Source: Tubiluchus corallicola
Lineage: Eukaryota > Animalia > Priapulida
Assembly: GCA_030141605.1 (NCBI GenBank)
Contig: JAQGDQ010000748.1
Span: forward strand, 38,674-102,673
Length of the DNA: 64,000 bases
Direction: 5' to 3'
Below, piece after piece: positions 13,305-42,300 of this stretch. Position 1 is the stretch's first letter, and the number at the start of each line of letters is the position of its first letter. The translations under genes and the position numbers were made by a program. The notes under the pieces were generated by a model that made no database searches, was not told the DNA's origin, and worked only from the letters and a program-made list of their open reading frames with translations.

Positions 13305-14105
13305 GAACATGTTTTTGTACAATGCTGAACTAAGTGAAGCAGGAAAAGAAAATTAACGCTTTTCAAAGACGTCTCTGCAGAAAATTGTTAGATATTAAAT
13401 GGTCTGATAGAATATCAAATGATGATCTATATCAGGGGTGTGCAAATTATCTGACTAGACGGGCCACATTAAACATTCCTGCGGGCCACATGCAGTTTGG
13501 TCAAGGAGCCAAGTACAGTAGGACCTAATAACGATTTTTTTCATCCGATTTGCACACATCATTACTACTGCACTACTACACTCAAGAAACTATTTTAGCA
13601 GTCTATATAAAATTTATATTAAAAACCATATATTTCGTCATGTCTGACAGTGACATTAAGTGATAACGGTCTTGTAAGGGTTAATGCCATCCGATCTAGA
13701 GGAAAAAACTACCCGCACTATCTTTGCGATATTGGCGTAGACTTCAGCTGGATCGCGTGGGCCGCACTTTCATTACATTGACAAACCTCTTCGCGGGCCG
13801 CACAAGATCTCTCGGTGGGCCGCAAGTGGCCCGCAGTTTGCACACCCCTGATCTATATGATGTGGTGAAGAATTCTTGCAGTAAACAAGTAAGAAGATTG
13901 CATTGGACTGGGCATGCGCTAAGACCACCTCAAGAGTCTCCTCCTTTATAGCATTAGGTAAAACTCTTGAAACGACAAAAAACGAAAGGGGGGTCAGCTA
14001 CTAACGAATATAGATCGTGAGCAGTGGCAGTGGACAGGAGTGCGTGGCATCAACAGGCGGGACCCGCCATGCTTTTAGAAGGTTATCAGCACCTGGACGA
14101 TGACG
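13305..14105 (+). mobile_element. RTE-clade LINE 3' fragment interrupted by a MITE
   Basis: KINAFQRRLCRKLLDIKWSDRISNDDLY | DVVKNSCSKQVRRLHWTGHALR matches the RTE ORF2 pattern (F.RR.LR.IL.I.W.D.ISN..L; RRL.W.GH..R). Confidence 0.75.
13433..13850. mobile_element. hAT-type MITE (418 bp) with perfect 8-bp TSD
   Basis: TIR caggggtgtgcaaa / tttgcacacccctg; TSD atctatat at 13425-13432 and 13851-13858. Confidence 0.92.
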
Positions 14106-15527
14106 ATAAAAGGCAAATGAGTGGTGTTCTGACAAAAGCTGCATCATAAAAAACACTGACATGTATAATTATCTGCAAAATCTGAATGCATTTTGTTTTA
14201 TTGTAATGCACCATAATGTCACTAAATTTTTACAAATTATAATAAGAACGTGCATTTAAAACAGCTAATAGCGCTACAATAAAATTTATATCAAAATAAC
14301 AAAAACGCTGAATAAACTATTCTAAAGTGGTTATTATTTTCAGACATTATATTATGCAACAAAATAATGATATAATTTATAGGCAGATGATAGTTTATCA
14401 GATTTAAATGTGAAGTGGCAAGTTTAATTACATAAGCACATTAAATTTTATCAAGACGTATTGCATGTTTATTCCACGAAAGCCAGTTAGTGGCAACTCT
14501 GTAGCATTAAGATGCAATCTCAATCATTACCATCTTTAATATCATCTATAATTACCAATATTAATTAACAACAATGTAAATAAATTTAGACAGAATTATA
14601 TGAATAATGAAATATTTAGACACTGGGAATATTATGAAACCAAATAAATTGAATTAGAGTACGAGACAAAAAATGTGTCTTATATTTGTTGTTAGTTCTG
14701 ATGCTCTTAGTTCATAACGAAAAAATATTTTATAACATTAAATTAATGATTTAAAATGGACTAGATAAACACACAAATTTGCTGCCCTGCAAAACTCATT
14801 CCAAGTTTATAGCACCTCAGATAGACACATTCATGATAGACCTGATTAAGTTACACCTCTTTTTAAGTCACATTATTAGGTCTTATGATCTGATAAGCTT
14901 CTGTGTATACGACCATATTCAGGTAATCACACACGTCACCTTACACACAGCAATTTCTTCAGTCCCCAGACATACAAGTTAAGCCAAGTTGACAGCAGTT
15001 ACAAGAACTACCAAACATAAACATTTAAATCCATTCCAATGCAGATGAATAAAACTTATAAAGCAAAAGTTAAAAACACATTTTCAGTTCACACGATTTA
15101 ACCGACAAAAATATTTGATATTATCAGTTGTAACATGCTGCAATACATATACTAAACAACATTTTCTACATACACGATTAGCAATAAATATCAGGCAAAT
15201 ATCAGCAACTCACTGATTTACCTTAGACAGTAAGTTTATCAGTCAAGTTAACATGATTAAGAGCATTGCAAAACAACAATCTATGCAAAGGTTAACAGCT
15301 TAAACATCTTATCTGTAAAACATTTTCAACTTAACACTAAATCAAATTTAGAGAATAAAAAATGCATCAATATTATACAATCAGATCATAATAAATAGCA
15401 CAGAAACCAGGTTCTATACGAGGGCTTCATTTCGCAGTATGTACACACTTTGAAGTTGTATTAAAAAACTGGATTATCAGATAACAAATTGATATAATAC
15501 TGCTGTTAGCTTGAACCTCGCAGTGAT

Positions 15528-29365
<13,838 letters not shown>

Positions 29366-30049
29366 CTTAAATTTGCTTTTGTGGTTACAGAGGCTTTTAT
29401 CTAGACAACTATTCAATAGTTATATTTTAAAACACAAAAAATAGTTTCTCACAAAAGTTTAGTTTCTTTAGACAATAAATTAGTCACCACTTTTGCCTAG
29501 TTAACAAACTGCACGTATTTCCTAAAACAATTTGCTACAAAATCACATTACAATTTATCCTATCAGAATGTTTACCAAATTTATTACCAAAGCCATTATA
29601 TAGCACAGGTCTGCCATGTTTAACACAGAGACCATATTAACACATGCATAAAACAATCTGAAAGCCAAGGGGGAGTATCCCATAATCAAGATTACATGGC
29701 CGTGTTCATAGGCAGTAAGAGGGAGTGTAGGCTGTACAGCAGTTATGTTGCCCTAGAAGTATCAAATTTCTCCACGATAGGTACTAGCATTTTTATGGTA
29801 TTTGCATAGGATTCAAATTACAACCACTATAGTACAAAGCTCAGCATTGAGCGTGTAGTACCTGCAGAAAACCCACACAACAAAGTTGATGAGCTCCCTA
29901 AATATTTCACCCTTGTGCAAAAGTGGCCACATATTACAAAATGTTTGATGATTCTTCGATGCACTTGAATGACCCTTGTCTTGTAGTCTGTTATTTACCG
30001 TCTGCCTATAAAATATTTTTGCAATTTGAGATACCTTCTGCATGGGTTT

Positions 30050-30500
30050 CATGCGTCCCACAGAGCACACTAAGACAGTGCTCGGTTTCAGCTAGCATAT
30101 CTTTATCAATGATCGGAATAATATTAGCGATTTTTTGCTTCAAATCATTGATGTCTCATACCTTCACTTGTTAAACAATTTTCAACATAAACCTGAAACG
30201 TCCCCAAGGAACGACGCCTGGAAAATGATGCAGCCAAGGTATAGGATGATCTTTTGTGATCAACGATCCTGAAAATGGATGGCTTAGAAAATCATGAATT
30301 CTGCATCTCCTGTGAGGCTGCAACCTACTGGAATATGATAGTTAGCTAAAGATCCTCTAGCTATGGTACCACAAATTTGGATAAAACATCGAAATAAATT
30401 TTTAGCTTTACATCCATTAAAATTGGTTTTTGTAGATAAAAATTTACTAGTGACATGATTCCACATAATATTCCACATAATAAGTAATGTCCATGTTTAG
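30050..30500 (-). mobile_element. Highly degenerate Tc1/mariner transposase remnant
   Basis: Minus-strand fragments HDFLSHPFSGSLITKDHPIPW and DLKQKIANIIPIIDKDMLAE resemble the mariner DDD-domain C-terminus; many stops and frameshifts. Confidence 0.45.
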
Positions 30501-30999
30501 ATAATCTGACTAAGACAGTGTAAACTTTGATATGCAAATGGCATGTTGTGATAACTATAATTGAGTTACAATATTTTATAATTGATAGGTTGTAATTACT
30601 TTCATTAATTAGATTAATACTGTTAATCGCTAGTAACAATAAGTAGAACAACAGTTAATTTAAAAACTTGATACCACATGTGCTTATTTGCTTCTTGTAT
30701 TTCTTAGTTTTGTTTTGACACTTTTAGTTTAATAGTTTTTAGTAAATGAATCGTTCAAGCAAAATATTGACTATAGTGACTGGCAAATGTTTCTTGCAAT
30801 GTTAGTTCATAATATTCTTCTCACTAAAATATTTATTAATATTTCATGTTATTTTTAGCAAACAAACTTGGTTATTACACTGTAACACAATTTAAAATTT
30901 ATTTGTATAGCACACTACATTATTTAATATCTCAGCATGCTGAACAATAAAATACATTTAAAATTCATAAGATGTATTAAAATTTAAATTATATTGAAA

Positions 31000-32100
31000 A
31001 AGAAAAAATACAATTAATTTGCTGTGAAAAAGTGCAGTGTAAAACAAATGTGTTTTAAGCTGTTTATTAGAATTGAATGAATTTACAGCAACAGGTAACC
31101 CATTTCAGAGGCAGCGAATACAGAGCAATTTCAGAGACAAAGAGCACAGACAGACAAAGCTTTTTTCATCATAGAATGCTACATTTGGAACTGAATGACA
31201 TAAATTAATTTGTTTATTAGCACAAGTGCTCGGTCTATATTACAGTGTACCAAAAGATCTGTGAGATATATAAATGCCAAACCATGTAGTATTTTGAAGA
31301 TTACACAAGGACTATTAAATTGAATAATTTATGAAACTTTATCAGTAACCAATGCAGCCTTCTTAGAATAGGGGTAATGTGATCATATTTTTTAGTTTTG
31401 GTCGGAATTTGCGATTTTTTTTGAAATCCAAAAGATAAACTGTTGCAGTAATGAACTTAATTAAGTTTGGATGTTATGAATGTATGAGTTTTTTCAGTTT
31501 TTATGGTTAAGAAAACGTCTGATCTTTTCAATTTTCCACAACGCTAGTGATGCCGACTTGGTAAGGTTTGCTACGTGGTTTGACAGTATTAAAATGGACC
31601 CACACTGATGTCAGCAACATCTAGCTACATAATATGGAAGGAGAGAAAGAGTATCTCATTGATATTTAGTCGAGAAATGAATTAATTCTATTTTGCCATC
31701 AGTTAAGGAAAAACTGATAGTCCTTCATCCAATGCCGAATTTCACTGATACACGCTTCAATTTGATTGACTGGAGCACTGTTCTCCCTGTACGCAATGTA
31801 CAGTTGCTGGTGCATCATACAAGGTGCATTGCATATTACAAAATTTTTAAAATAATAGTTTCACTGGAGCAAAACATAAACTAAATAAATCAGGACCAGA
31901 AACTGAACCCCAAGGAACCCGTGTTGTTGTGCATCTGACATCATTGATGAACATGAACAGAGTGGCTTCTCCCACAAGACTTGAATCAATTTAATGCAAC
32001 CTCTGCAGCAGATGTTATGGTCAATCGTGTTAACAGTGGCCGACAGATCAAGTAGTATCAATATTAGACCCTTTCATATATCCAGCACACACAGTTGGTC
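31000..32100 (-). mobile_element. L2-clade LINE reverse transcriptase remnant
   Basis: ILLDLSATVNTIDH (cf. LLDLSAAFDTIDH), degenerate GVPQGSVLGP region near 31900-31925, LHWL-type 3' motif near 31350. Confidence 0.7.
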
Positions 32101-33749
32101 ATCTAACTCACTGTCTTAATCCTCTGTAATTAAACAACAAAATGGATAGCAGACTTGACTAGTTTTTATTTTATGAAATTTTGATTTGTACAAGGTATAA
32201 TTTACCTAATTTACTCATTTTTATTGTGCTATCAATCTAATTAAACTCCAATAATATTTTTCGTATGTTATTATCATTACTACCACAAAGTTTAATGACA
32301 GTTTTCCTTATTTAAAAGTAGCTAGGTAACACTTTATAATAAGCAATGAATTACTAGTCAAGTGAACTTAAATTAGTTATCCACATCACAATTATGTATT
32401 TTTTTACCAACCTTATACTAGTAATACTAATTCTTTAAAATGCCTAACACCATAAGTTTACACACTTGTTAATTTTGTAACACTAGCCATACCCCACAGT
32501 GTCGCCAAATGCAATACTGATTTATCGAGAACTGGGGCAGTAGACTTAATGATCCTGCACCACTAACAATATATCTTCCCCATTTTTAATTTGGTGTGTT
32601 ATGTGCTTGAGAGAGGAAAAGTAAATTGCTTAAATCTATGTCTATATGACTTCAAGTCTAAGCAGACTGCCGTGGTTTCAGTTTAGCAATAACCGATAAA
32701 AGCAGGTAGCAGTTATGCTTTCAAGCTCAGTAATTATTTGGTAGCACAACTGATACTAGTGATAGACCAAATAAAGACACTCTGGGAAAAAAGTGGATTC
32801 AGTTGTTGAGCTTGCCCAGCTGAGTAGGAATGATATGGGTGTGGTTCGATGTCTTACCGCTAGCTTCTATAGCAGCTCTCTTGATGTTCACTATTGCTAT
32901 TACACTACAATGACTATGGTTTAAGTCGTTCTTGCTGCCCTCACGTTTGCTGCGAGTTGTGATGTGCACTTTTCAAACAGTATCAAGGATAACTTTAATG
33001 TGTTCACCTCTTATGAGCTCTATTTCGTTCAGAGAACACCCTGCGAATACTCTAGGTCCAAATATTCATGAACAGCGCACATTTAATAACAATATGTCAA
33101 TACTCGATATTCATGTCAGCGAGATGAAATCATGGAGTACCGTGTCGACACGCGTAATACCTAGTGGCTTTGCTATAGTTTCATACAATAAACATCATGA
33201 TTGTATAAAAGCTAAAAATTTATAATACAACAACCCTAACCAAATTTTTCAAATAAATATTCCAAAGAAACTTAATGATGCTGAAATTCTACTCACAAAC
33301 AGAAATAGCAATGCGACAAATCATCGAAAAAAGAAATCGTCTTGCAAACTTTCTCGGATAGGTGTGCACACTGGTTTAGAGTTTCATACAGTTACGACTT
33401 CATTATGGGCACATACGTTGAGGTGACAAGTTGTCTGAATTGATATCAAAATTAAAGTAAAACAATTTAAATTTACTTTACAACTTAATTTATGGTTTGT
33501 TGCACAATAAATTTTAAATACTCACGAACGGCCGGACAGCAGGCTGCATGAAAATCACATGCGAATAAAACAACACCAATAATGATAACGATAGTGATTT
33601 TGAAATAAAGACGAAAAGTAGTTCAATAACAGGTTGATAGTCGTATATAACATAACATTGATCACTGTCGTGCTAAAATTTCGTCAGAAGCACGGCTTCC
33701 AAATATTATTACTTCCAGTTTTTATGAACAGCAACCAAAAACAGCGGAA

Positions 33750-34060
33750 AGAGCGCCATGAGCATGGAAACAGTCAATACGAATTTCGCATTACCGATAG
33801 TAGAACATGCATCATGTAAGATTTGCACATGGATTCCTACCTTAAATAATGTGAAAAAATTTCCTGTCATTTGTGTTCTTTGTAATTGCTTTTATTTGTG
33901 TCATAGCTGGATAGATTACAAAATCGTCCCTGAAGATGGAACTATATATTCTGAAACGTCGGCTAATTATACTAACTTTCCTAACAGCACTATGTTGTCT
34001 GAATTTTCTATTACCGTGTCTTTATTAGTACCAAAAAGGTTCAGCTTTCCTCTAGCTAAG
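33750..34060 (+). mobile_element. Possible Penelope-like element 3' remnant
   Basis: PIVEHAS motif followed by cctgaagatgg...ctgaaacgtcgg, a layout typical of Penelope terminal repeats. Confidence 0.45.
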
Positions 34061-34117
34061 TCTTATGTATATTTGTGCATGTATATGAATTTGTAGATTA
34101 TATTTACTAATCCAATG

Positions 34118-34368
<251 letters not shown>

Positions 34369-34859
34369 TAGTTTATTCAGAAAGTACATAGTGCAAATCC
34401 ACGGTCCGAAAAGCCCTCTATTTGTAGGGCACAGGCACGAAGTTTACACAAATATTAGCAACCAAGCTTATTTACACATCGCAAAATACACAAAGTTTAC
34501 CATTACATTTACAGGTTCAAGCATTTATTACACTTGACTAGATTTTAGTTTTTGCAGGTATAACAAGTGAACTTAGTCTTATTTCCAGATTCAAATTTCA
34601 ATTAGTATGACTTTCAAATAGTTATTATTACAACGATAATATCTAGACATTATACATTTACTATGTTCTTATAAAAGACACATGATACTAAGACCTGGCA
34701 ATGAATACCGTTACTGGCACAATTAATGTATTAATTATATCTTAATTAATTGCTGATCATTTCTAATCTAATTAATACTCGGACAGTTCTAATCATGTGT
34801 ACATTTATCCCTATTTCTGTATATATCTTGAACATTCTTATTACCCATAACAGTTTCAA

Positions 34860-35730
34860 GGTCCAGTCTTAAGTTAGATGTGATTAATGAGCAATCATAT
34901 CCGGGGTTTGAGACGTATGACCACATGTACACTGCTCTTTGTCAATCAGTCTTATTTGGTATTTGAACGATTTGATACATTTGTTAAGCAGGAACACTTT
35001 ATCGCAATAATTTTGTGCTGCTACATAAGCGTCATACATAGGCCGTGCTGCCACAGAGAAGGTGCTGTCGTCTGCATATTTAAATCTTGTAAAGTTATCA
35101 GATTCTTCAGTATCGTTTAACATATATCTGCAACGTAAAATAAAAATAAAAAAGTAGCCCCCAATGGCATTGATATGGTTGAGATACATGATTGTTAAGT
35201 ATGAGACGTATTTTACGGTCTAGCAAAAACGACGCATTCAGTTAAAGCATTGTGCCCTGTGTGATATGATATGCCTTTATGATATAGTTTCCAGATAAAC
35301 TTTAAGCCTTCTAACCATACGCTATCAAAGGCTTTTTAAAATCGCAAAACACGGCCGGCTGCCTTTTTCTGGATCATTTCACTTCCCCAGTCATGTAATT
35401 CTTTCCCATACGCGTTACCTATTCTATCCCATAGTACATTGCGTGCATTAAAATCCCCTATGGCTACCGTGTAGTGGTGTCCATGTATCTGGCAAAATCA
35501 ATTCATTTTTGCAGTTATTTAGAAACTTCTTCATTAATTCTGGGGAATTCGGTTTTATGTACACCGAGTATACCAAAAACTTGAATCTTTTCGTAGTAAT
35601 GACAACCCATATTGAGTCTATATCCGGATTTGTATGTGGAATTGACAGCACACCACTACCTTTATCGCTTCTAACACACAACGCAACACCTCCAGAATGT
35701 GCGTTATTAGGTAGCACACGCCTTATAAAT
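34860..35730 (-). mobile_element. LINE remnant (AP endonuclease + RT fragments)
   Basis: GGVALCVR...DSIWV...VYIKP (APE), KAFDSVWLEGL and FKYADDST (RT) in broken frames. Confidence 0.8.
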
Positions 35731-36329
35731 GCTTAGATTACAATTATAGACCACCGATCCGATCCGATCCGGTCAAAGTGGTTTTATGACCTGTTTACTC
35801 AGCTTGATGTTTTTAAGGGTTAGAATCCCCGATGTTTCACTACTTTATTATAGCATCTTAGAGAATTATCTTTAATGATGAGTAAGATTTTCAGTCTGTA
35901 CAAACGATTAATACTATAAAATGTGTTGATGGAATTTGCCAAAAAAATCGTCGTTAGAAATAAAAGTTTTTAAAAACTTTGTTAATTGGTGGAGTTTTGA
36001 TATTCGTGGATATTAGCTCGCAAAAATCGTTTGTGCGTGGTAAGCAGCTTGGCAAATTTCAGGTTGGATTGCCACTACTATATCATGATTCTGCCAGATG
36101 CGTGTTTAAGGTTCTAATATTATGTCTTTTGCTTCGTATTTTAAACTTGATGTGCGACTACATGGGACCCATTGCAGCACATTCTAGTATACCTTAGCCG
36201 TTTATCTTAGCTGACCCAAAATGAAAATTCACATGCAAAATATATACAAAACACATGTTTATTTTATTTCCATGTCAAGGAGTCAAGTGGCTCAATAGTT
36301 TCATTATACAAATATTGCGTTTAAGCTTT

Positions 36330-39300
36330 TTACAACAATACGTGTCCACAGAAGAATGTTATCAATAAATACATTGTCGATACCAACAAGTTTGGAGCAA
36401 TAGATCCGTTCTCGAAAATTATCTCAGAGTTTGACTCGGCTTCGCCAAATGCACCATATTTTGCTAGTCCCGTATTACAGTAATTGTCACGACACGTTTG
36501 GAAACATGTTCTAATGTTTCCTTCGAATCCGTCTGGACCCCAATGTTCATATTCAGAACACCCATCACCAAAATCTCTATTTTCGCAGCTTCGTTGAAAG
36601 CGCACTAGTTGGCCCGTTTCTGGAACATTAAACAACTGTTATTTAAATTTACATGCATCTCTTGTCTTTAATAGTTTTTACTGTTAACTTGTGAAAAACA
36701 TTTCCGTGTGTTCTCAGCACTGAACCGTTTAAATAGTTCAGTAGTAACTGTTGCTATAGTCACAAATGACTTCAAATGAACTCATACTCTTCTTTCAGAC
36801 AAGTCCACACCAAAGGCCTCGTAAAACAGCATTGAAAGATATACGAAGCTACATGTGAACGATCAGCATGCAAGATTTCGTTTATTGATTTGACTGCATA
36901 GCTTATGAGTCGATGACCAGAAGCAAATGATTGAGCAAAATATGAACGAACCGCACAAGCAGACTAACAAACAGACGAATGAGCAAGCGAACGAACGAAT
37001 AAGTGAATGAAGTAATAACAGTCATAAGAGAAGAAAAAACATTAGATGTTATATTAGAGTGTTGTAATGAATTACGGAGGTTGTGTCGTATTTGGGCTGT
37101 GGTGCTCCGAAAAAGATAAAGATGGAAAGGAACGACCTGCGTAATAGTAGAAAACTTTGCGTGCTAAACAAATGTCACGTAATTATGGCTAACAAGAAAA
37201 AAATATTTGAATTTCACAAGGTACGCTACACTAAAAACGTGGTTTAATGGCGCTTAAAGATCTTGTTATAAAAAGAAATTGTGTGTATAGCTCTAGCTAC
37301 AAAGGTCTGAGTTTGCAAACAATATTATTACTCTGCTTAAAGCATTGGAGATTCCCTTCAAATCTCATTTTATTTCAAATTAAATTAAATTTAATTTATT
37401 GAATATTTAAAATGCACTAACATTGAAATTGGACATATGCATTTTACATACTTAAAATATTAACACATAAACAGTACATACACAATACGCTATTTCAATA
37501 AAAAGGAAGAAATCAACCTATTTATGATTTGAGAATGGGAGAATGGATACAGGCCTATATTAAAGTTGCGAATGGAAGACCTTGAAGATCAAAATTCTTT
37601 GAGTTATCCTGAACTGCATTAATTGGCGTTACCTGTAAAGTATAAACAATTAGAGAAATTCATAAACATATTATTGAACTTCATCTATTTGCAGTAAATG
37701 GAGGCAAATAAAAAATTAAAGTTGTTCGTTAATAAGTATGCGCGTACTTGATGTAATTTCAAGTAATATTTTTGTTATTACAAGCAAAGTCTTCGACTAT
37801 TATGAATTTGACGTCCACAGATAACAATAGACTAATGATTTTTAAAGTGAGAGAGTTTATAAGCATTATTCTCCTCACCTGCCCATTCTTCTCTGACGAC
37901 GTAACAAAATTCTCTTTTACATTCTAGAACTTGTGTATGTGATACATTCATCTCACACCAGCTGTTTTCCTCTGTTGTGGTACACATGTGACAAAACAGA
38001 CCTACAAAACACAGCAGTGCCAAAAAACTATTGTTGCAAATTAGTAATGTTTACTGGGTACACTAATGGGTAAAAGCTGGAGTCTGAGAATATACATGTA
38101 CAATGTGTGTGTGAGTAATGTTGATCAAATGAAAGAAAAAAACCGAGAAGTTAATGGGGCGAAGCGGCACCCGTGCGTCAAGTAACGATCGTAATGTCGT
38201 TATTTTTTGATATTTAAGATTAATTTATTATATTTTAAAGCATAAAAACGCACTTCAGTGTTACAATAAAACAATTTAAATCACACGTACAATATTCCAA
38301 TATTCAAAGATATGCACAAAATCACATATACAATAGACAATCAAATACAAAATCAATTACTATAAAACTCAAAGATTAGCGTACCCAAAAAGTACAAAAT
38401 ACATTCTTCACTTTAAGTGTATGATGTACTTAAAAGTAATCAACGTTCTTTACATTTCTATTTTTGTAAAATGCATGAACTTCAATTACAAAATTGTAAT
38501 TTAATTTCTGTTTTTAGTTTATAGTTTATTTTTTACATATTCGAAATAAATTTTCAAATACTCAGCCACAATCGCGTTTGAGGGCGCCACTTCGTTACAG
38601 GTTCATGGCGTAGTCTAGTACTTTGTCATTTGTTAGACACACGTAAAAGCCCTCAGTGATTTTTTTCATATTGAAAAAGCTGTATAAACCACAATGTCAT
38701 GCTTCACAAATTTTCCATTATACATATTCTGGATAACTGAAGTGTGAACAACTTTATTCCTAGTAGTCTAGTACTTAATGCGCTTATCACAATGTCCGTT
38801 CAAAATTTTTGGAGACTAGATATCCTATACATTTTTGGAACGTTAAACATTTGCCTTAACCTAAAAATTCTCTTTCTATTTCTTTCGAGATCAGTTTGGC
38901 GGCCGTCTTGGATTCTCAGCATGGCAATTACAAAATAATGATTTTTTATCATATCTTCCAATTCAATTCCCTAAGTTTTTCCTTGCGAACAGGACAAATC
39001 AATGTAGGGTCTACATACATGGGCAAAATGGGGCTTGGATGGTGGGGGCACGGTGGGGCTGTGTAGGCTAGGAGGCTGTTCTAACGATTCCAAAAATGTA
39101 TAGTTTTGCAAATCTCCAAAAAATTGAACGAAAATGCATAAGGAATTGGACTATATATTAATTATTGTCAATTTTATTGACAACAATTTACTTGCACGAC
39201 TACGACCTACAAAAATTATATCTCTGTTATGATCATAAAAGGAGTACAATATTATAATAAGTAAAGAAAATGCAATGTGAAGTATTAGCGGTCTGGGTAT

Positions 39301-42300
39301 GCTCATAAAAAACCGTCACGGCAACCTACCTGGTTTTTCTGTAGCTTCTGTAACTGTAGTTTCACTATTTGCTTGTTCAACGGTAACGGCAACCTTTTCT
39401 GTAATGTTCAACGTTTCTGTATGCCTATAAGACACTGAGAATCCTTGCGGCACTCCTATCCCATCGTTACATAGATCAGAGCGACAAGAGGTCCAACAGA
39501 TGCGAACAGCAGTTAAGTCAGAGGAGCTACAACTATTGCCAGGATTGTACGAGTATCCTCCTCGTACAAAAAAGTCAACCATTCCTGAAAGAAATTCTAT
39601 ATCAGTTGGTGTTCTTTGAGTTCTTCAGTTATTAAAATGCACAAATTATTATTAAAATTATTAAAATTATTAAGAATGACAGGTAACCATAATGCCTGCG
39701 CCAGGTAGTCTCTATATGCATTACTGGTACTATTATTGAAAACCACGAAACTCCACTCTACTGAGCCAGCTCGAGACACATTTTGAGATTACCTCGAATT
39801 TTTTTTAAATAGACACTGTAGAAATTTAACTTGTCTTGTCATTATCCCTTTGGTAAGCTATAATAAGCTAATTATTCGTAAAATTTGATTTATGAGCCAA
39901 AAGAAGAGATTCAAAATGAATAATGAATGTTCAAACAGGCAAGCACAGTCCTGTCCAGTACATTGCGATTCCGCGAGCATTGCATTTCTATATGCTGACC
40001 ATTTTGTCAGGTATTCACTTCTAATTCATGTTAACTAGCAGACACAGAGGGTATGGTCACAAAACATGCAAGGTAGGCATCTGGGTAGGGTTCATAGACT
40101 ATGGTATGGTGAACAATGAGACCTCGTTTAAAGGCTTAAGACAGGACGTTGGTCAGTGTGAATCATAACATTGAATAACTCGTAAAGTATAGTACGTAGA
40201 GTCATAAAACGTGCAGTTTAGTCATCTAGGGCAAGGGTTTAGACGGTTTAAAAGGTGGGATTGCAGGGGAGCCTCAGGCAGTAATCAAAATGTAAAAAAT
40301 TAGGGAAACTGCTCAGTCACACTTGAATAAACCAAACTAATTGATTGGCATCCTTCTGTCTCAGAAGACAATGGAGTGTGCGCCAAGAGAGTCACATTGA
40401 TCACATTGATGAAGCTGCAGCGTCTACTGTGGCTGAGCAGTGCGGTCCTTGAACGTCTCCAGGGCGCAAGACTGGGCAAGGTGTATGGAGATCCTCAGTT
40501 GTCCAGACAACAGGAACCCCCTCTCTTCCTCCCTGGTGTAGTCCAAAGGAAAGCGGAGCGATACGTTTGGCACCAGGTTGGCCGCAGGAGCTGCCGGAGT
40601 CAGTGAGCATGCTGCACTTGTCCGCCTTCGGGGCTCCACTCCTGATTGGAAGGTTTACTCCTCTAGACATGGCCGTTGGGTCACTTGACCTCCTCCCCCC
40701 TCTAGCCGTTGGCTGCTTGTGCAGCTCCTCCGCCTAGAGAGATACAGTGTGGGCATCCCGCAAGCCTACAGCACCTGGTATTCCTAGGCGGTCACCCATC
40801 CAAGTACTAACCAAGCTCTACGTTGCTTAACTTCGGTGATCAGACGAGAACCGGTGTTTTCAACGTGATTTGGCCGTAGCTGGACCAGGCATAATCAAAT
40901 GATAATTAGTCACCAGTATCGTCCCACTTATCAGTCACACATATGCGATATAATCTACAGTTTTTGACATGATAGCAAATACTGCACCAGGCCTAGTCAA
41001 ATGATAAACACGGCAAAGCCCGTGGACTTTAACTTTAATCTTATCAGTCTTTTTCAATAGGCATTGAAACCGACATGAGAAGTTTTATTGTGTCTGTTGT
41101 CCACAATCTAATGTTATTGTGTAGAAGCAAACTGTTAATTCCCTACACATAGGTACAGAACTGCAGATTATATCAGATTGCAACTGCAACCTATTAAGCT
41201 ATTAACTACATCGAAGAGACATCTAAGGCGGGTTTTTTGAAAGTATGCAAGTGGTATTTCAGACTTCACCAATACATTTGATTTCATAGCTAGAGGCAGC
41301 GAAAAGAATAGTAACGAAATTTGCAGCTTGGTGACCTCACTACTTAAAGAACAAATTTTGAAAAATATGGCGTCCATAAATGCACAGAATTAAAATGTCC
41401 TTATACAATGGACAAACTATTCTTGTTATTCGACTTGGCAGCGCCAAGGTTTTAAATATAAAGTTTACAATAAACAAGCATGTAGTGGTCCTATATACAT
41501 TTTATAGATTAATTCAAGTAACAAATAACTAGTTTTTTCACTACAACAATTTATTGAAGAATTTTTATGTTGCATACCCCAAAAACAAATCGATTACAGA
41601 TATCATTTGATTTTGGCGATGAAAATGTCAGGTGCGATTCGTTTTTTGCAACAACAATCTTCCCAATACGCGTACGCTTTAAGCCACTCTGATAAATACA
41701 AAATTTAAAATGACTTAGAGCAATTTTGTGTTCATTATTCGTACATGCATTCCAATTTCAGGACGTCTAGGTAAATGTGGTTTAAAAATGTACGTGGACA
41801 ATATACGAATTGCATTCAAATGAGTAACAAATGTCGACTGTGATAAAAATATCAGACAGCGTAAAATAGTTTACCCGGTAAGTCATATATGATTATCTCG
41901 ATTTAAAATAGTATTCTTCTCACGTAACCAAACAGGTTTACCCACAAATGATATCTATAAGAAATAATATTGTATTTATAGGGGGAGTTATAATTGTTTA
42001 CTGCTTATTATCAAAACAATATAAACAATGAAAATATGTTGACCTACACTAAACACTGTAATAGTCTGTTAATTGCGGCATTATATATTTGGTGTCCCAG
42101 ACATTCGCTTTGCCCTTTATACGTACTGTTATCAGGAAGCAACAACAATCGCAAAAAATACTAATGCTTGACGGTTTATTTTTACTATGACGATGGGGAT
42201 AACTTCAGAGCATCTATCTGTGCGCGCAACTAATCTAAAACCATCATTTACACTATCTCTGGCTCTTCTGAGGCATGCAAAATTAAGTTGTACATGTTTC

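Noticed and set aside
40762-40881. Functional 5S rRNA gene
   Set aside because: Solitary, no oligo-T terminator, altered 5' end, and fused to a retroposon-like body
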